Source of the DNA: Macrostomum lignano
Taxonomy: Eukaryota
Assembly (NCBI GenBank): GCA_002269645.1
Contig: NIVC01001603.1
Location: 70,528-134,527 of the forward strand
Direction: 5' to 3'
DNA: 64,000 nt
In this document: positions 13,121 to 26,359 of the stretch, piece after piece
How positions within the stretch are numbered: the first letter of the stretch is position 1
How the letters are laid out: the number at the start of each line of letters is the position of its first letter
Notes under the pieces: model-generated
What the model saw: the letters and a program-made list of their open reading frames with translations, nothing else
What the model was told of the DNA's origin: nothing
Database searches by the model: none
Made by a program: the position numbers and the translations under genes

Positions 13121-13716
13121 TAAAAATAAATATATTTACAAGACTTATTTGTGCGCTTAAATGCTTTGTCATTATAGGCAAACCGTCATTGGCTTTGGTA
13201 GAGTTCGATATGACATTAACAAAAATTGACTTTCTGATTATTTGCATTTAATTCTTTAAACAGGTATAATTTAGTTCTGTCTTATACGCAGCTTCAGCTG
13301 ATAAATACATGTATTAGATAAAATGCAATTAAAATACGTTTGACAAAGTAATTTACACAACATATCGGCAGTTGATTCATACAGGCAAATCCTAAGTTAC
13401 CTAATGTATTTTAACTTTACAAATCGATAGTCAAATTTACTTGGAAACGAAAATGCCTTCGAGAATTTAACTGATATTATTAATACATATCGGATGCTGA
13501 CTCATTTAACCTACCCACAGAAGTTAATGCAATTAGACAATTAACAAAGTTGTCAATGGATTGACTCATTTACTCTACGCACAGAAGGTAATGTATTTCG
13601 ACAATTATCAAAGTTACATTTCGATACATATCGGATGGATTGACTCATTTACTCTACGCATAGAAGGCCATTGATTTAAACAATTAAAAAAGTTACTTTT
13701 CGATACATATCGCCAA

Positions 13717-14245
13717 CTATGCATACACTCGAATCGCTTGTAAACCTTGACCAACGGTTAGCAGAGTGAAATCTTGTTCCCCATCAACTCCAGTGTCAGT
13801 CACGAGCAGCATCAGCCGTTGGGGATCAGTCAGTGCCAGCCGGCACTCGGCAAGACAGTCAACCCTGTCACCATCTGTTTCCTGGAATAGCCAAACTCGA
13901 ACGCAACAATCGGCGCCTAAACTGACCAGCCGCCGGGTTGAAGCGGAGGCAGCAGCCGGAACCGGTGCCACAGACAGAGTCGACGCGGAATGACCAACCG
14001 AAGACTGCAAAACCTTGGCAGCTTCGCCTGTAGTTGCAGAAAACCTGCAGACACCGACTAGTCCGCTGTCCAAGGCTAGGAACAGCAGGCTGTCACAACC
14101 CGGCTGGCAGACGTCGTTAATGCTGCAGGACAGCCGAACTACTAGCTGAGTGGTCACTGAGCTGACTGACAGATTGGCACTGTTGATTGAACAGGACAGC
14201 CATAGCAGTGCGCCATCAGATGCCGAGCATGCAAACCTGTGATCG
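13717..14245 (-). CDS. WDR6: WDR6/Trm734 terminal exon (20 of 20)
   Basis: ...FACSASDGALLWL...VGHSASTLSV...LVSLGADCCVRVW...VGQGLQAIRVYA* aligns by eye to the WDR6 C-terminus. Phase-2 acceptor at 14245, or alternatively 14236. Confidence 0.8.
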
Positions 14246-14324
14246 CTTAGGATTGACGGCCTGCCAATGGAGTAAAAAGGCACTCTCTATGCGATATTGT
14301 GACTGGGAGCTCCCTGATCCCAAT

Positions 14325-17300
14325 TTGGGATTTGAGAATCACGAAGCAAAACATTGCGATTTTAGTATCCCGAATGCTTTAATATCGGGATTTGAGGATC
14401 CTGATGCTTCAATACTGGGATTTGAGGATCCTGATGCTTTAATACTAGGATTTGAGGATCCTGATGCTTTAATACTGGGATTTGAGGATCCTGATGCTTC
14501 AATATTTGGATTTGAGGATCCTGATGCTTTAATACTGGGATTTGAGGATCCTGATGCTTTAACACTAGGATTTGAGGATCCTGATGCTTTAATATTGGGA
14601 TTTGAGGATCCTGATGCTTTAATACTGGGATTTGAGGATCCTGATGCTTTAATACTGGGATTTGAGGATCCTGATGCTTTAATACTGGGATTTGAGGATC
14701 CTGATGCTTTAATACTGGAATTTGAGGATCCTGATGCTTCAATATTGGGATTTGAGGATCCTGATGCTTTAATACTAGGATTTGAGGATCTTGATGCTTC
14801 AATATTGGGATTTGAGGATCCTGATGCTTCAATACTGGGATTTGAGGATCCTGATGCTTTAATATTGGGATTTGAGGATCCTGATGCTTCAATACTGGGA
14901 TTTGAGGATCCTGATGCTTCAATACTGGGATTTGAGGATCCTGGTGCTTCAATATTGGGATTTGAGGATCCTGATGCTTTAATACTGGGATTTGAGGATC
15001 CTGATGCTTTAATATTGGGATTTGAGGATCCTGATGCTTTAATACTGGGATTTTAGTATCCCGAATGCTTTAATATTGGGATTTGAGGATCCTGATGCTT
15101 CAATACTAGGATTTGAGGATCCCGAATGCTTTAATACTGGGATTTGAGGATCCTGATGTTTCAATACTGGGATTTGAGGATCCTGATGCTATAATACTGG
15201 GATTTGAGGATCCTGATGCTTTAATATTGAGATTTGAGGATCCTGATGCTTCAATACTGGGATTTGAGGATCCTGATGCTTTAATATTGGGATTTCAGGA
15301 TCCCGATGCTTTAATACTACGATTTGAGGATCCTGAAGCTTTAATACTGGAATTTGAGGATCCTGATGCTTCAATATTGGGATTTGAGGATCCTGATGCT
15401 TCAATACTGGGATTTGAGGATCCTGATGCTTCAATACTGGGATTTGAGGATCCTGATGCTTTAATACTGGGATTTGAGGATCCTGATGCTTTAATATTGG
15501 GATTTGAGGATCCTGATGCTTTAATACTGGGATTTTAGTATCCCGAATGCTTTAATATTGGGATTTGAGGATCCTGATGCTTCAATACTGGGATTTGAGG
15601 ATCCTGATACTTTAATATTTGGATTTGAGGAATTCAGAGTATCAATATTGGGATTTGAGGATCCCAGAGTATCAATATTGTGATTTGAAGATCCCGATGC
15701 TTCAATACTGGGATTTGAGGATCCCGATGCTTCAATATTGGGATTTGAGGATCCCAGAGTATCAATATTGTGATTTGAGGATCCCGATGCTTCAATACTG
15801 GGATTTGAGGATCCCAGAGTATCAATATTGTGATTTGAGGATCCCGATGCTTCAATACTGGGATTTGAGGATCCCGATGCTTCAATATTGGGATTTGAGG
15901 ATCCTGATGCTTCAATACTGGGATTTGAGGATCCTGATGCTTCAATACTGGGATTTGAGGATCCTGATGCTTTAATATTGAGATTTGAGGATCTCAGAGT
16001 ATCAATATTGGGATATGAGGATCTCAGAGTATCAATATTGTGATTTGAGGATCCCGATGCTTTAATACTGGGATTTGAGGATCCCGATGCTTCAATATTG
16101 GGATTTGAGGATCCTGATGCTTTAATACTGGGATTTGAGGATCCTGATGCTTCAATACTGGGATTTGAGGATCCTGATGCTTTAATATTGAGATTTGAGG
16201 ATCTCAGAGTATCAATATTGGGATATGAGGATCTCAGAGTATCAATATTGGGATATGAGGATCTCAGAGTATCAATATTGGGATTTGAGGATCTCAGAGT
16301 ATCAATATTGGGATTTGGGGATCTCAGAGTATCAATATTGGGATTTGAGGATCCTGATGCTTCAATACTGGGATTTGAGGATCCTGATGCTTTAATACTG
16401 GGATTTGAGGATCCTGGTGCTTCAATATTGGGATTTGAGGATCCTGATGCTTCAATACTGGGATTTGAGGATCCTGATGCTTCAATACTGGGATTTGAGG
16501 ATCCTGGTGCTTCAATATTGGGATTTGAGGATCCTGATGCTTCAATACTGGGATTTGAGGATCCTGATGCTTTAATACTGGGATTTGAGGATCCTGGTGC
16601 TTCAATATTGGGATTTGAGGATCCTGATGCTTTAATACTGGGATTTGAGGATCCTGGTGGTTCAATATTGGGATTTGAGGATCCTGATGCTTCAATACTG
16701 GGATTTGAGGATCCTGATGCTTCAATACTGGGATTTGAGGATCCTGGTGCTTCAATATTGGGATTTGAGGATCCTGATGCTTCAATACTGGGATTTGAGG
16801 ATCCTGATGCTTTAATACTAGGATTTGAGGATCCTGATGCTTTAATATTGGGATTTGAGGATCCTGATGCTTTAATACTGGGATTTGAGTATCCCGAATG
16901 CTTTAATATTGGGATTTGAGGATCCTGATGCTTTAATACTGGGATTTGAGGATCCTGATGATTTAATATTGGGATTTGAGGATCCTGATGCTTCAATACT
17001 GGGATTTGAGGATCCCGATGCTTTAATATTGGGATTTGAGGATCCTGATGCTTCAATACTGGGATTTGAGGATCCTGATACTTGGATATTTGGATTTGAG
17101 GAATTCAGAGTATCAATATTGGGATTTGAGGATCCCAGAGTATCAATATTGTGATTTGAGGATCCCGATGCTTCAATACTGGGATTTGAGGATCCCGATG
17201 CTTCAATATTGGGATTTGAGGATCCCAGAGTATCAATATTGTGATTTGAGGATCCCGATGCTTCAATACTGGGATTTGAGGATCCCGATGCTTCAATATT

Positions 17301-18800
17301 GGGATTTGAGGATCCTGATGCTTCAATACTGGGATTTGAGGATCCTGATGCTTCAATACTGGGATTTGAGGATCCTGATGCTTTAATATTGAGATTTGAG
17401 GATCTCAGAGTATCAATATTGGGATATGAGGATCTCAGAGTATCAATATTGGGATATGAGGATCTCAGAGTATCAATATTGGGATTTGAGGATCTCAGAG
17501 TATCAATATTGGGATTTGGGGATCTCAGAGTATCAATATTGGGATTTGAGGATCCTGATGCTTCAATACTGGGATTTGAGGATCCTGATGCTTCAATACT
17601 GGGATTTGAGGATCCTGATGCTTCAATACTGGGATTTGAGGATCCTGATACTTTAATATTTGGATTTGAGGAATTCAGAGTATCAATATTGGGATTTGAG
17701 GATCCCAGCGTATCAATATTGTGATTTGAGGATCCCGATGCTTCAATACTGGGATTTGAGGATCCCGATGCTTCAATATTGGGATTTGAGGATCCCAGAG
17801 TATCAATATTGTGATTTGAGGATCCCGATGCTTCAATACTGGGATTTGAGGATCCCGATGCTTCAATATTGGGATTTGAGGATCCCGATGCTTCAATACT
17901 GGGATTTGAGGATCCTGATGCTTTAATACTGGGATTTGAGGATCCTGATGCTTTAATACTGGGATTTGAGGATCCTGATGCTTCAATACTGGGATTTGAG
18001 GATCCTGATACTTGGATATTTGGATTTGAGGAATTCAGAGTATCAATATTGGGATTTGAGGATCCCGATGCTTTAATATTGGGATTTGAGGATCCTGATG
18101 CTTCAATACTGGGATTTGAGGATCCTGATACTGGGATATTTGGATTTGAGGAATTCAGAGTATCAATATTGGGATTTGAGGATCCCAGAGTATCAATATT
18201 GTGATTTGAGGATCCCGATGCTTCAATACTGGGATTTGAGGATCCCGATGCTTCAATATTGGGATTTGAGGATCCCAGAGTATCAATATTGTGATTTGAG
18301 GATCCCGATGCTTCAATACTGGGATTTGAGGATCCCGATGCTTCAATATTGGGATTTGAGGATCCCGATGCTTCAATACTGGGATTTGAGGATCCTGATG
18401 CTTTAATACTGGGATTTGAGGATCCTGATGCTTTAATACTGGGATTTGAGGATCCTGATGCTTCAATACTGGGATTTGAGGATCCTGATGCTCTAATATT
18501 GGGATTTGAGGATCTTAGAGTATCAATATTGAGATTTGAGGATCTCAGAGTATCAATATTGGGATATGAGGATCTCAGAGTATCAATATTGGGATTTGAG
18601 GATCTCAGAGTATCAATATTGGGATTTGAGGATCTCAGAGTATCAATATTGGGATTTGGGGATCTCAGAGTATCAATATTGGGATTTGAGGATCCCGATG
18701 CTTCAATACTGGGATTTGAGGATCCTTATGCTTTAATATTGGGATTTGAGGATCTCAGAGAATCAATAATGGGATTCGAGGATCCCAGAGAATCAATAAC
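14325..18800. repeat. 30-bp minisatellite, ~150 copies, filling the last WDR6 intron
   Basis: Same unit as 10730-13120, with ordered sub-variants. Confidence 0.95.
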
Positions 18801-18929
18801 GGGATTCGAGGATCATCTACCCATTTTATTATATAAGGGATGAAAATGCCTCGAATATAGGGAGGCCTAAAGATATGGAAACAAATAAAAATATCCCAGA
18901 ACCCTGACAATTCCTGAAGCGCCTCTTAC

Positions 18930-19413
18930 TTGTCCTCATCTGACTTGATCCCACCACCCGACAGCGCAATCACTCTGAGCACGCATCCACTGTCAACGGA
19001 AATCAAACGCCTAATCAGACTGAATCGACTCCGGCCACTATCAGATCCCAGCTTCATCAGTAGAACGTCTCCGTTTGAGCAGGCAACAGCGAATAGTCGG
19101 TCATCATTGAGTTGAAGCGTCAGTGGAGCCAAGGACATGACCCTGGTGGAGTCCAGCTCAGCGCTGGGATCCTGATGCCGCAGATCCCGCTGCATCCGGT
19201 AGTCAGTGAGCTGGCAAGTGGTTTCCGGGCTCAGTAATCGATAATTATAAGTTGAGTTCCATGCGGCCAGGCCACCGCGACCTCCGCCCGAGATGACTGC
19301 TAACGAGTTGTTGCCTATAGGCGCAGTCGGCGCTAGCTGGCTGGTTGCTAGGCAACGAACGCTGGACGCGTGACCGCGACATCGAGATAGTGGCGCTATT
19401 GCCGATGGATGGT
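18930..19413 (-). CDS. WDR6: WDR6 exon 19
   Basis: RCRGHASSVRCL...VISGGGRGGL...RVMSL...FAVACSNGDV...CVLRV matches recalled WDR6 motifs HISSVRAV / SAGGRA / RYMSL / AACSDGAV. Phases 1 in, 2 out. Confidence 0.85.
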
Positions 19414-19454
19414 CTGCAGTTTGATGGGGTGGAAGCGTACTTAGAGTTATAACA

Positions 19455-19712
19455 GATAAATAGATGAGTCAAAAGATAAGTCAATGGATGGTCAATAGAT
19501 AAGTCAATAGATGAGTCAATAGATGAGTCAATAGATGAGTCGATAGCCGAGTCATTAGATACGTCAATAGATGAGTCAAAAGATAAGTCAATAGATGAGT
19601 CAATAGATGAGTCGATAGCCGAGTCATTAGATAAGTCAATAGATGAGTCAATAGATGAGTCAATAGATGAGTCAATAGATGATTCGATAGATGAGTCAAT
19701 AGATGAGTTGAT
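19455..19712. repeat. 12-bp minisatellite ATAGATGAGTCA
   Basis: About 20 tandem units. Confidence 0.9.
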
Positions 19713-19808
19713 GGAATTAAAAAACGAAAGCAATTAAAACTGACAACTCTCAATCAATAAATGCAAGCAGGGAAAAGCAGAAACACCAAGGCAGTTACAG
19801 TCACTCAC

Positions 19809-19898
19809 CAGCAGAAGCAGCAGTACTGGTGGGACAGGCCACTGTGCAGATGGCGCAGTCTTCGGAGCCGGTAGCAACTAGGGCTTGGCCTCGGGCAT
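19809..19898 (-). CDS. WDR6: WDR6 exon 18
   Basis: ARGQALVATGSEDCAICTV (cf. ITCSEDTTV). Acceptor ttttactcag|, donor G|GTGAGT. Confidence 0.8.
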
Positions 19899-19994
19899 CT
19901 GAGTAAAAGAGACACAAAAACGGTAGAACATGATTGTAGCGAGGGAAATGGGGCGTCCCTCAAAAGTGAGTAAGATTTGGAAAATAAAATGGGG

Positions 19995-20285
19995 GGGTGA
20001 CAGGGTGATAAGGGTGACAGGAACGATGGGAGTGACAGGGAAAGTGATGAGGGTGACATAGAGGGTGAGTGACAGGGAGGGTGAGAGTGGCAGGGAGAAT
20101 GATGAGGGTGACAGGAGGGTGATGAAAGTGACAGGGAGGTGATGAGGGTGACAGGGAGAATAATGAGAGTGACATGGAGAGTGATGAGAGTGACAGGGAG
20201 GGTGATGAGAGTCACAAGGAGGGTGAGAGTGACAGGGAGGGTGAGAGTGACAGGGAGGGTGATGAGAGTGACAGAGGGAGTGAAA
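19995..20285. repeat. 18-21-bp minisatellite GTGACAGGGAGGGTGA(TGA)GA
   Basis: About 14 degenerate units. Confidence 0.85.
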
Positions 20286-20328
20286 GCGAATAGTGACAGA
20301 AGAAGAATGCTCCAGCACCCCGTATTAC

Positions 20329-20383
20329 AAGAAGATCTACATAAAAGGACGCAGCTTGAGATGCCGGCCACACTAAAACTCAA
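20329..20383 (-). CDS. WDR6: Candidate WDR6 exon 17 (LSFSVAGISSCVLLCRSS)
   Basis: Strong acceptor gcttttgcttctag|, weak donor T|GTAATA. Supplies the required phase 0 to 1 bridge, but protein similarity is weak. Confidence 0.4.
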
Positions 20384-21007
20384 CTAGAAGCAAAAGCCCA
20401 CTACAGACACGGAGACAGTGCAAAAAGATGTAGAAAAATTGCTAAGAGTGCACTGCTAGCCTGGCAGATTTGATGGATAGATAGATCGAGAATCTCGACA
20501 GACAGGGATGAACGCAGCGTGTTAGTCGCGACAGAGCAAATCCATATTTATTATTGACTTTACAGAGCCGGAGAGGACTGTGAGAGGAGGGTGAGAAGTC
20601 CCTCGATTGCGCCTCGCTGGGCACGAGCAAAGATCCGCTAGCATAAGTTGAGAACACTTTCGCGAGACCAATAGATAAGCGAACTATAAAGCTAAGAGAA
20701 TATCTCACCGAAACTATGATAAATTATAAAAAAGAACTTTTTACACGCGACTGTCACGTGGACTACAAAATAACCACTTCAATATCCACTTCAACTGGAC
20801 TGGAGCTGAAACTTTGTGTCATTTAACATGGTTTTTAGAATCTTCATTAATCAGATAAGTCCAGATGGATAAGCCACTAAGATTGGACAACAATAACACC
20901 ATTGTCTAGTCCTGAGAGTATACAGAATGGGTCCACGAATAGCATAAAGTCTGGACTAGAAACCAAGCTGAATATAACTGAATAGACATGTCGACAGATC
21001 TATGCAT

Positions 21008-21180
21008 GGATAGATATAGCTCGTAGATATACATAAATCTGGATAGATATAGCTCGTAGATATACATAAATCTGGATAGATATAGCTCGTAGATATACAT
21101 AAATCTGGATAGATATAGCTCGTAGATATACATAAATCTGGATAGATATAGCTCGTAGATATACATAAATCTGGATAGAT
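21008..21180. repeat. 33-bp minisatellite x5 (GGATAGATATAGCTCGTAGATATACATAAATCT)
   Basis: Five near-perfect copies. Confidence 0.9.
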
Positions 21181-21283
21181 AGATATATAAATAGATAGAT
21201 ACTCGCAGATAGATAGATAGATAGATAGATGGATAGATAGATAGATAGATGGATAGATAGATAGATAGATAGATGGATAGATG

Positions 21284-21335
<52 letters not shown>

Positions 21336-21365
21336 GATAGATAGATGGTAGATGGATAGATGGAC

Positions 21366-21401
<36 letters not shown>

Positions 21402-21409
21402 GGATAGAT

Positions 21410-21441
<32 letters not shown>

Positions 21442-21487
21442 GGTAGATGGATAGATAGATAGATAGATGGTAGATGGATAGATGGAC

Positions 21488-21527
<40 letters not shown>

Positions 21528-21528
21528 G

Positions 21529-21561
<33 letters not shown>

Positions 21562-21580
21562 GATAGAGAGATGGTAGATT

Positions 21581-21611
<31 letters not shown>

Positions 21612-21620
21612 GGTAGATAA

Positions 21621-21654
<34 letters not shown>

Positions 21655-21740
21655 GGTAGATGGATAGATAGAGAGATGGTAGACGGATAGATAGATAGAT
21701 AGATGGTAGATGGATAGATAGATAGATAGATAGATAGATG

Positions 21741-21773
<33 letters not shown>

Positions 21774-21792
21774 GATAGAGAGATGGTAGATT

Positions 21793-21823
<31 letters not shown>

Positions 21824-21831
21824 GGTAGATG

Positions 21832-21866
<35 letters not shown>

Positions 21867-21941
21867 GGTAGATGGATAGATAGAGAGATGGTAGACGGAT
21901 AGATAGATAGATAGATGGTAGATGGATAGATAGATAGATGG

Positions 21942-22035
<94 letters not shown>

Positions 22036-22036
22036 C

Positions 22037-22070
<34 letters not shown>

Positions 22071-22155
22071 GGTAGATGGATAGATAGATAGATAGATAGA
22101 TAGAAAGACATACAGTTGGATAGATGGATAGATAGATAGATAGATAGATAGAGAG
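21180..22155. repeat. (GATA)n microsatellite, ~1 kb
   Basis: Direct reading. Confidence 0.95.
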
Positions 22156-22604
22156 AGTCCAGACGGTTAAACGATCCACGGATAGCTAAAAATGTGGACT
22201 GGAAACCCAGAGGAACCCAGTCCAGATTGATTGGCTATTATTTCTATTAATTTAACAGCCAGCCACGCTCCTGATTAATTCAATGCCAGAGAAGATGGGA
22301 GAAAAAAGAAATGAAAATTCTATCTCTTGGGAAAACTCAGACATAATAAATGAGGCAGGCACAAAGAGAGAAATTGGGATTAAGTTTCCCAGTTGGCTCA
22401 ATTTAACTTTTACCTCTAATGAGTGACGGGGCCCATCAAGCCTAGCGCAATGTAGTTAGAGAACCATAAATGGATTCCGAATTCCGAATCAACTAGGCTA
22501 AGCAAAGTACGAGAATCCTATTTATAACTGTAAAGACCCATGAGAAGTCAAATGAGATACGCGAGGATTTTATACGACTTTTGTCAGACCCAAAATGATG
22601 CCTG

Positions 22605-23530
22605 GTTTAGTGGAAGCTTTATTGGTTTAGTGGAAGCTTTATTGGTTTAGTGGAAGCTTTATTGGTTTAGTGGAAGCTTTATTGGTTGAGTGGAAGCTTT
22701 ATTGGTTTAGTGGAAGCTTTATTGGTTGAGTGGAAGCTGTATTGGTTTAGTGGAAGCTTTATTGCTTTAGTGGAAGCTTTATTGGTTTAGTGGAAGCTTT
22801 ATTGGTTTAGTGGAAGCTTTATTGGTTGAGTGGAAGCTTTATTGGTTGAGTGGAAGCTTTATTGGTTTAGTGGAAGCTGTATTGGTTTAGTGGAAGCTTT
22901 ATTGGTTTAGTGGAAGCTTTATTGGTTTAGTGGAAGCTGTATTGGTTTAGTGGAAGCTTTATTGGTTTAGTGGAAGCTTTATTGGTTTAGTGGAAGCTGT
23001 ATTGGTTTAGTGGAAGCTTTATTGGTTTAGTGGAAGCTTTATTGGTTTAGTGGAAGCATAATTGGTTTAGTGGAAGCTGTATTGGTTTAGTGGAAGCTGT
23101 ATTGGTTTAGTGGAAGCTTTATTGGTTTAGTGGAAGCTTTATTGGTTTAGTGGAAGCTTTATTGGTTTAGTAGAAGCTTTATTGGTTTGGTGGAAGCTTT
23201 AATGGTTAAGTGGAAGCTTCATTGGTTTAGTGGAAGCTTTAATGGTTAAGTGGAAGCTGCATTGATTTAGTGGAAGCTTTATTGGTTTAGTGGAAGCTTT
23301 ATTGGTGTAGTGGAAGCTTTATTGGTGTAGTGGAAGCTTTATTGGTTTAGTGGAAGCTTTATTGCTTTAGTGGAAGCTTTATTGGTTTAGTGGAAGCTTT
23401 ATTGGTGTAGTGGAAGCTTTATTGGTGTAGTGGAAGCTTTATTGGTTTAGTGGAAGCTTTATTGCTTTAGTGGAAGCTTTATTGGTTTAGTGGAAGCTTT
23501 ATTGGTTTAGTAAAAGCTTTATTAGTTTAG
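22605..23530. repeat. 20-bp minisatellite ATTGGTTTAGTGGAAGCTTT, ~46 copies
   Basis: Strict 20-nt period; HindIII site in most units. Confidence 0.95.
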
Positions 23531-24174
23531 TGGAATTGGAAGCTGCTTGGGTAATTGGTAGCAAGATGGTTGGTTTGTTTCGGAAACTTCCATAGCCTTT
23601 GTTAAAAAGGTTTCTTGACCTCGGCATTAGTTTTGAGTACAGACAGGCAAAAGTAAGCAAAATTTATTTTTAAAGAAACACTAGCAGTTAAGCCGCCTGG
23701 CAACTGAGCTAATTAACTAGAAACCTGCTAAGCAATTTTCTAGCAAATATAGATAACTATATAAGATAAATAGGTGAAGTTATAATATAGGAAATTAGCC
23801 ACGAGTATGAGGATTTATTTAACTAACTGAGGGAAATGCTGCGAGTCAATGTGGGCCAACTGAATGATAAAATCTCAAAGCTGGGGGGTTTAGCTTAGGA
23901 TAAGGAATTTACCGTATAATACTCGCATATATGTAATTTAACTAAATTAATATCTATATCAGATAGTCATTAATCTTGGAAGCAAAGGAACAGTAGCTGA
24001 CTACGTCATTGAACTTTAAGGCCATTGTGAGCACAGAGAGCTTTAGTGATGGAGTTCTGCTCACGTGCTCAGAAAGTAAGAAAGGCAGAAAGTAATTAAA
24101 GAGGTTTAAAAGGACAATCAATTTCAGACTGGGATACTGAGGAGCGACAAGATAGTGCGTTCTGTAAGCTAGAG

Positions 24175-24612
24175 TGAGATTGATGACATTGGAGGGTAAG
24201 ATTGATGACATTGGAGGGTGAGATTGATGACATTGGAGGGTGAGATTGATGAAATTGGAGAGGGAGATTGATGACATTGGAGAGGGAGATTGATGACATT
24301 GGAGAGGGAGATTGATGACATTGGAGGGTGAGGTTGATGACATTGGAGAGGGAGATTGATGACATTGGAGGGTAAGATTAATGACATTGGAGGGTAAGAT
24401 TGATGACATTGGAGGGTATGATTGATGACATTGGAGGGTAAGATTGATGACATTGGAGGGTAAGATTGATGACATTGGAGGGTAAGATTAATGACATTGG
24501 AGGGTAAGATTGATGACATTGGAGGGTAAGATTGATGACATTGGAGGGTATGATTGATGACATTGGAGGGTAAGATTGATGACATTGGAGGGTGAGATTG
24601 ATGACATTGGAT
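24175..24612. repeat. 22-bp minisatellite GATTGATGACATTGGAGGGTAA, ~20 copies
   Basis: Direct reading. Confidence 0.92.
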
Positions 24613-24667
24613 GGTGAAATTGAATTAGTGAAACCAAGGATAAAAGAAAAGAAAAAAATGTTTAAGG

Positions 24668-24918
24668 CAGGAAGTGTTTATCGGAAGCTGGAAGTGTTTA
24701 TCGGAAGCTAGAAGTGTTTATCGGAAGCTGGAAGTGTTTATCGGAAGCTGGAAGTGTTTATCGGAAGCTAGAAGTGTTTATCGGAAGCTGGAAGTGTTTA
24801 TCGGAAGCTGGAAGTGTTTATCGGAAGCTGGAAGTGTTTATCGGAAGCTGGAAGCGTTTATCGGAAGCTGGAAGTATTTATCGGAAGCTGGAAGTGTTTA
24901 TCGGAAGCTGGAAGTGTT
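24668..24918. repeat. 20-bp minisatellite GGAAGTGTTTATCGGAAGCT, ~12 copies
   Basis: Direct reading. Confidence 0.92.
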
Positions 24919-25374
24919 TCCAATAGCAGTGAAAGCTGACTATGAAAATAGTAAAATCCCACAGCTAGAAATAATACTAGTTGGATTAGATTAGTCTAAA
25001 CTCATACAGCCAATCTAATTATGCAAATTAAATATTGATTTAATATTTTAGAGAACACAAAATCTCTCCATCCTTATAAGATGGTTTCCAATGTCACAGA
25101 GCTGGCAGATATGGAACTGGAGAAATCAATTACGGTACACTATATAACCTGACTGAGCGAAAGCAGGGACTAGCAATAATATAAATAAATTTATTATATT
25201 CGCTTAGTGCGGTTCAATTGGATTTTTGTGAAATAAGAGCTATAGAATCCTCGGAAATGATTTTCTAGGTCAGTAGGTGCGGTTTTTTTAATAATTCTGA
25301 TATGAGGGGCTGGGGAGAGAGATGATGATGTAAGAATAAAGACAATGCGGTCTACGGGCAGATGGAGAGCGGAA

Positions 25375-25715
25375 AGGGGTCTGGGAGAGAGTGGAAATGA
25401 GTACGGAGAGAGCGGAAATGAGTAGGGAGAGAGCGGGAAATGAGTAGGGAGAGAGCGGAAATGAGTAGGGAGAGAGCGGAAATGAGTACGGAGAGAGCGG
25501 AAATGAGTAGGGAGAGAGCGGGAAATGAGTAGGGAGAGAGCGGAAATGAGTAGGGAGAGAGCGGATATGAGTAGGGAGAGAGCGGAAATGAGTAGGGGGA
25601 GAGCGGAAATGAGTAGGGAGAGAGCGGATATAAGTCGGGAGAGTTTGAAAATGAGTAGAAAATAGCAGAAATAAGTAGTAGAGAGCGGAAATAAGTAGGG
25701 AGAGAGCGGAAATGA
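25375..25715. repeat. ~21-bp minisatellite GAGAGAGCGGAAATGAGTAGG
   Basis: About 15 units. Confidence 0.88.
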
Positions 25716-26359
25716 GAGACGAGGCATAACAGTTCTCATAGTTACAGAGATTAAAAATGACACTAGCGAGTACATCCTACTACCGTAGCTGATTCAAGAG
25801 AAGCATCCACGCCCCTTGAACAAATAAAGGAAACGCACTATGGCCGCAACTCCCGGACACGCAGTGACGCGATGGATAATCCCCGCCCCGAGAGCTTCTT
25901 CCATATATATATTCGAACGAAGAGGATTTTGATTAACCCCGGGACTAACGCGCTCGGCTTTTTACTATCATCATCATTAATCCTTTCGATATACTCTTAG
26001 CCCTCTGTTGCCTCGCTGAGGCGGACTATAACTTCGGAATGGCATGAAAGGAAGCAAGAGGGAGAGAGAGAGAGATCTTCTTAATCCTAGCCTACTTAGG
26101 ACGCGATGCTCCTTTCTGCCCCGCTGTCTCCCACCGCCTCAAGCTTCAATCTCGAGGGCCAAAACCATGTCAAGCTTAATTTCAATCTAGGGAAAGGATC
26201 ATAGTCATAAAAAGAATTATAAGAAGTGACCGCGCTGCGATGCAGATGCAGGCGGGTAAGGAAGGGGACAGTTTCCATTATGGAAGCTTCCGTAAAGATC
26301 CGCGCAAAGTTTTGCGCAGAAAGTTTAAGTTCGACGGAGTTTAAAAATGGAAAGATGAA

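Larger units (their letters stand above)
9529..16720. repeat. Near-identical tandem duplication, unit ~3595 bp (9529-13123 and 13124-~16720)
   Basis: Unique sequence from 9529 recurs at 13124. Identical ORFs at 10122/13717 and 10592/14187 (offset 3595). Array variants recur in the same order. Confidence 0.92.

Noticed and set aside
10592-18843. Long ORFs on both strands (GFEDPDALIL / KHQDPQIPVL / SGSSNPSIEA repeats, up to 511 aa)
   Set aside because: They are by-products of a stop-free 30-bp array inside a WDR6 intron, are open in several frames, and have no unique coding flanks.
25780-26340. GC-richer unique segment considered as a WDR6 exon or rRNA fragment
   Set aside because: No frame matched WDR6 motifs and I found no convincing rRNA signature; left unannotated.
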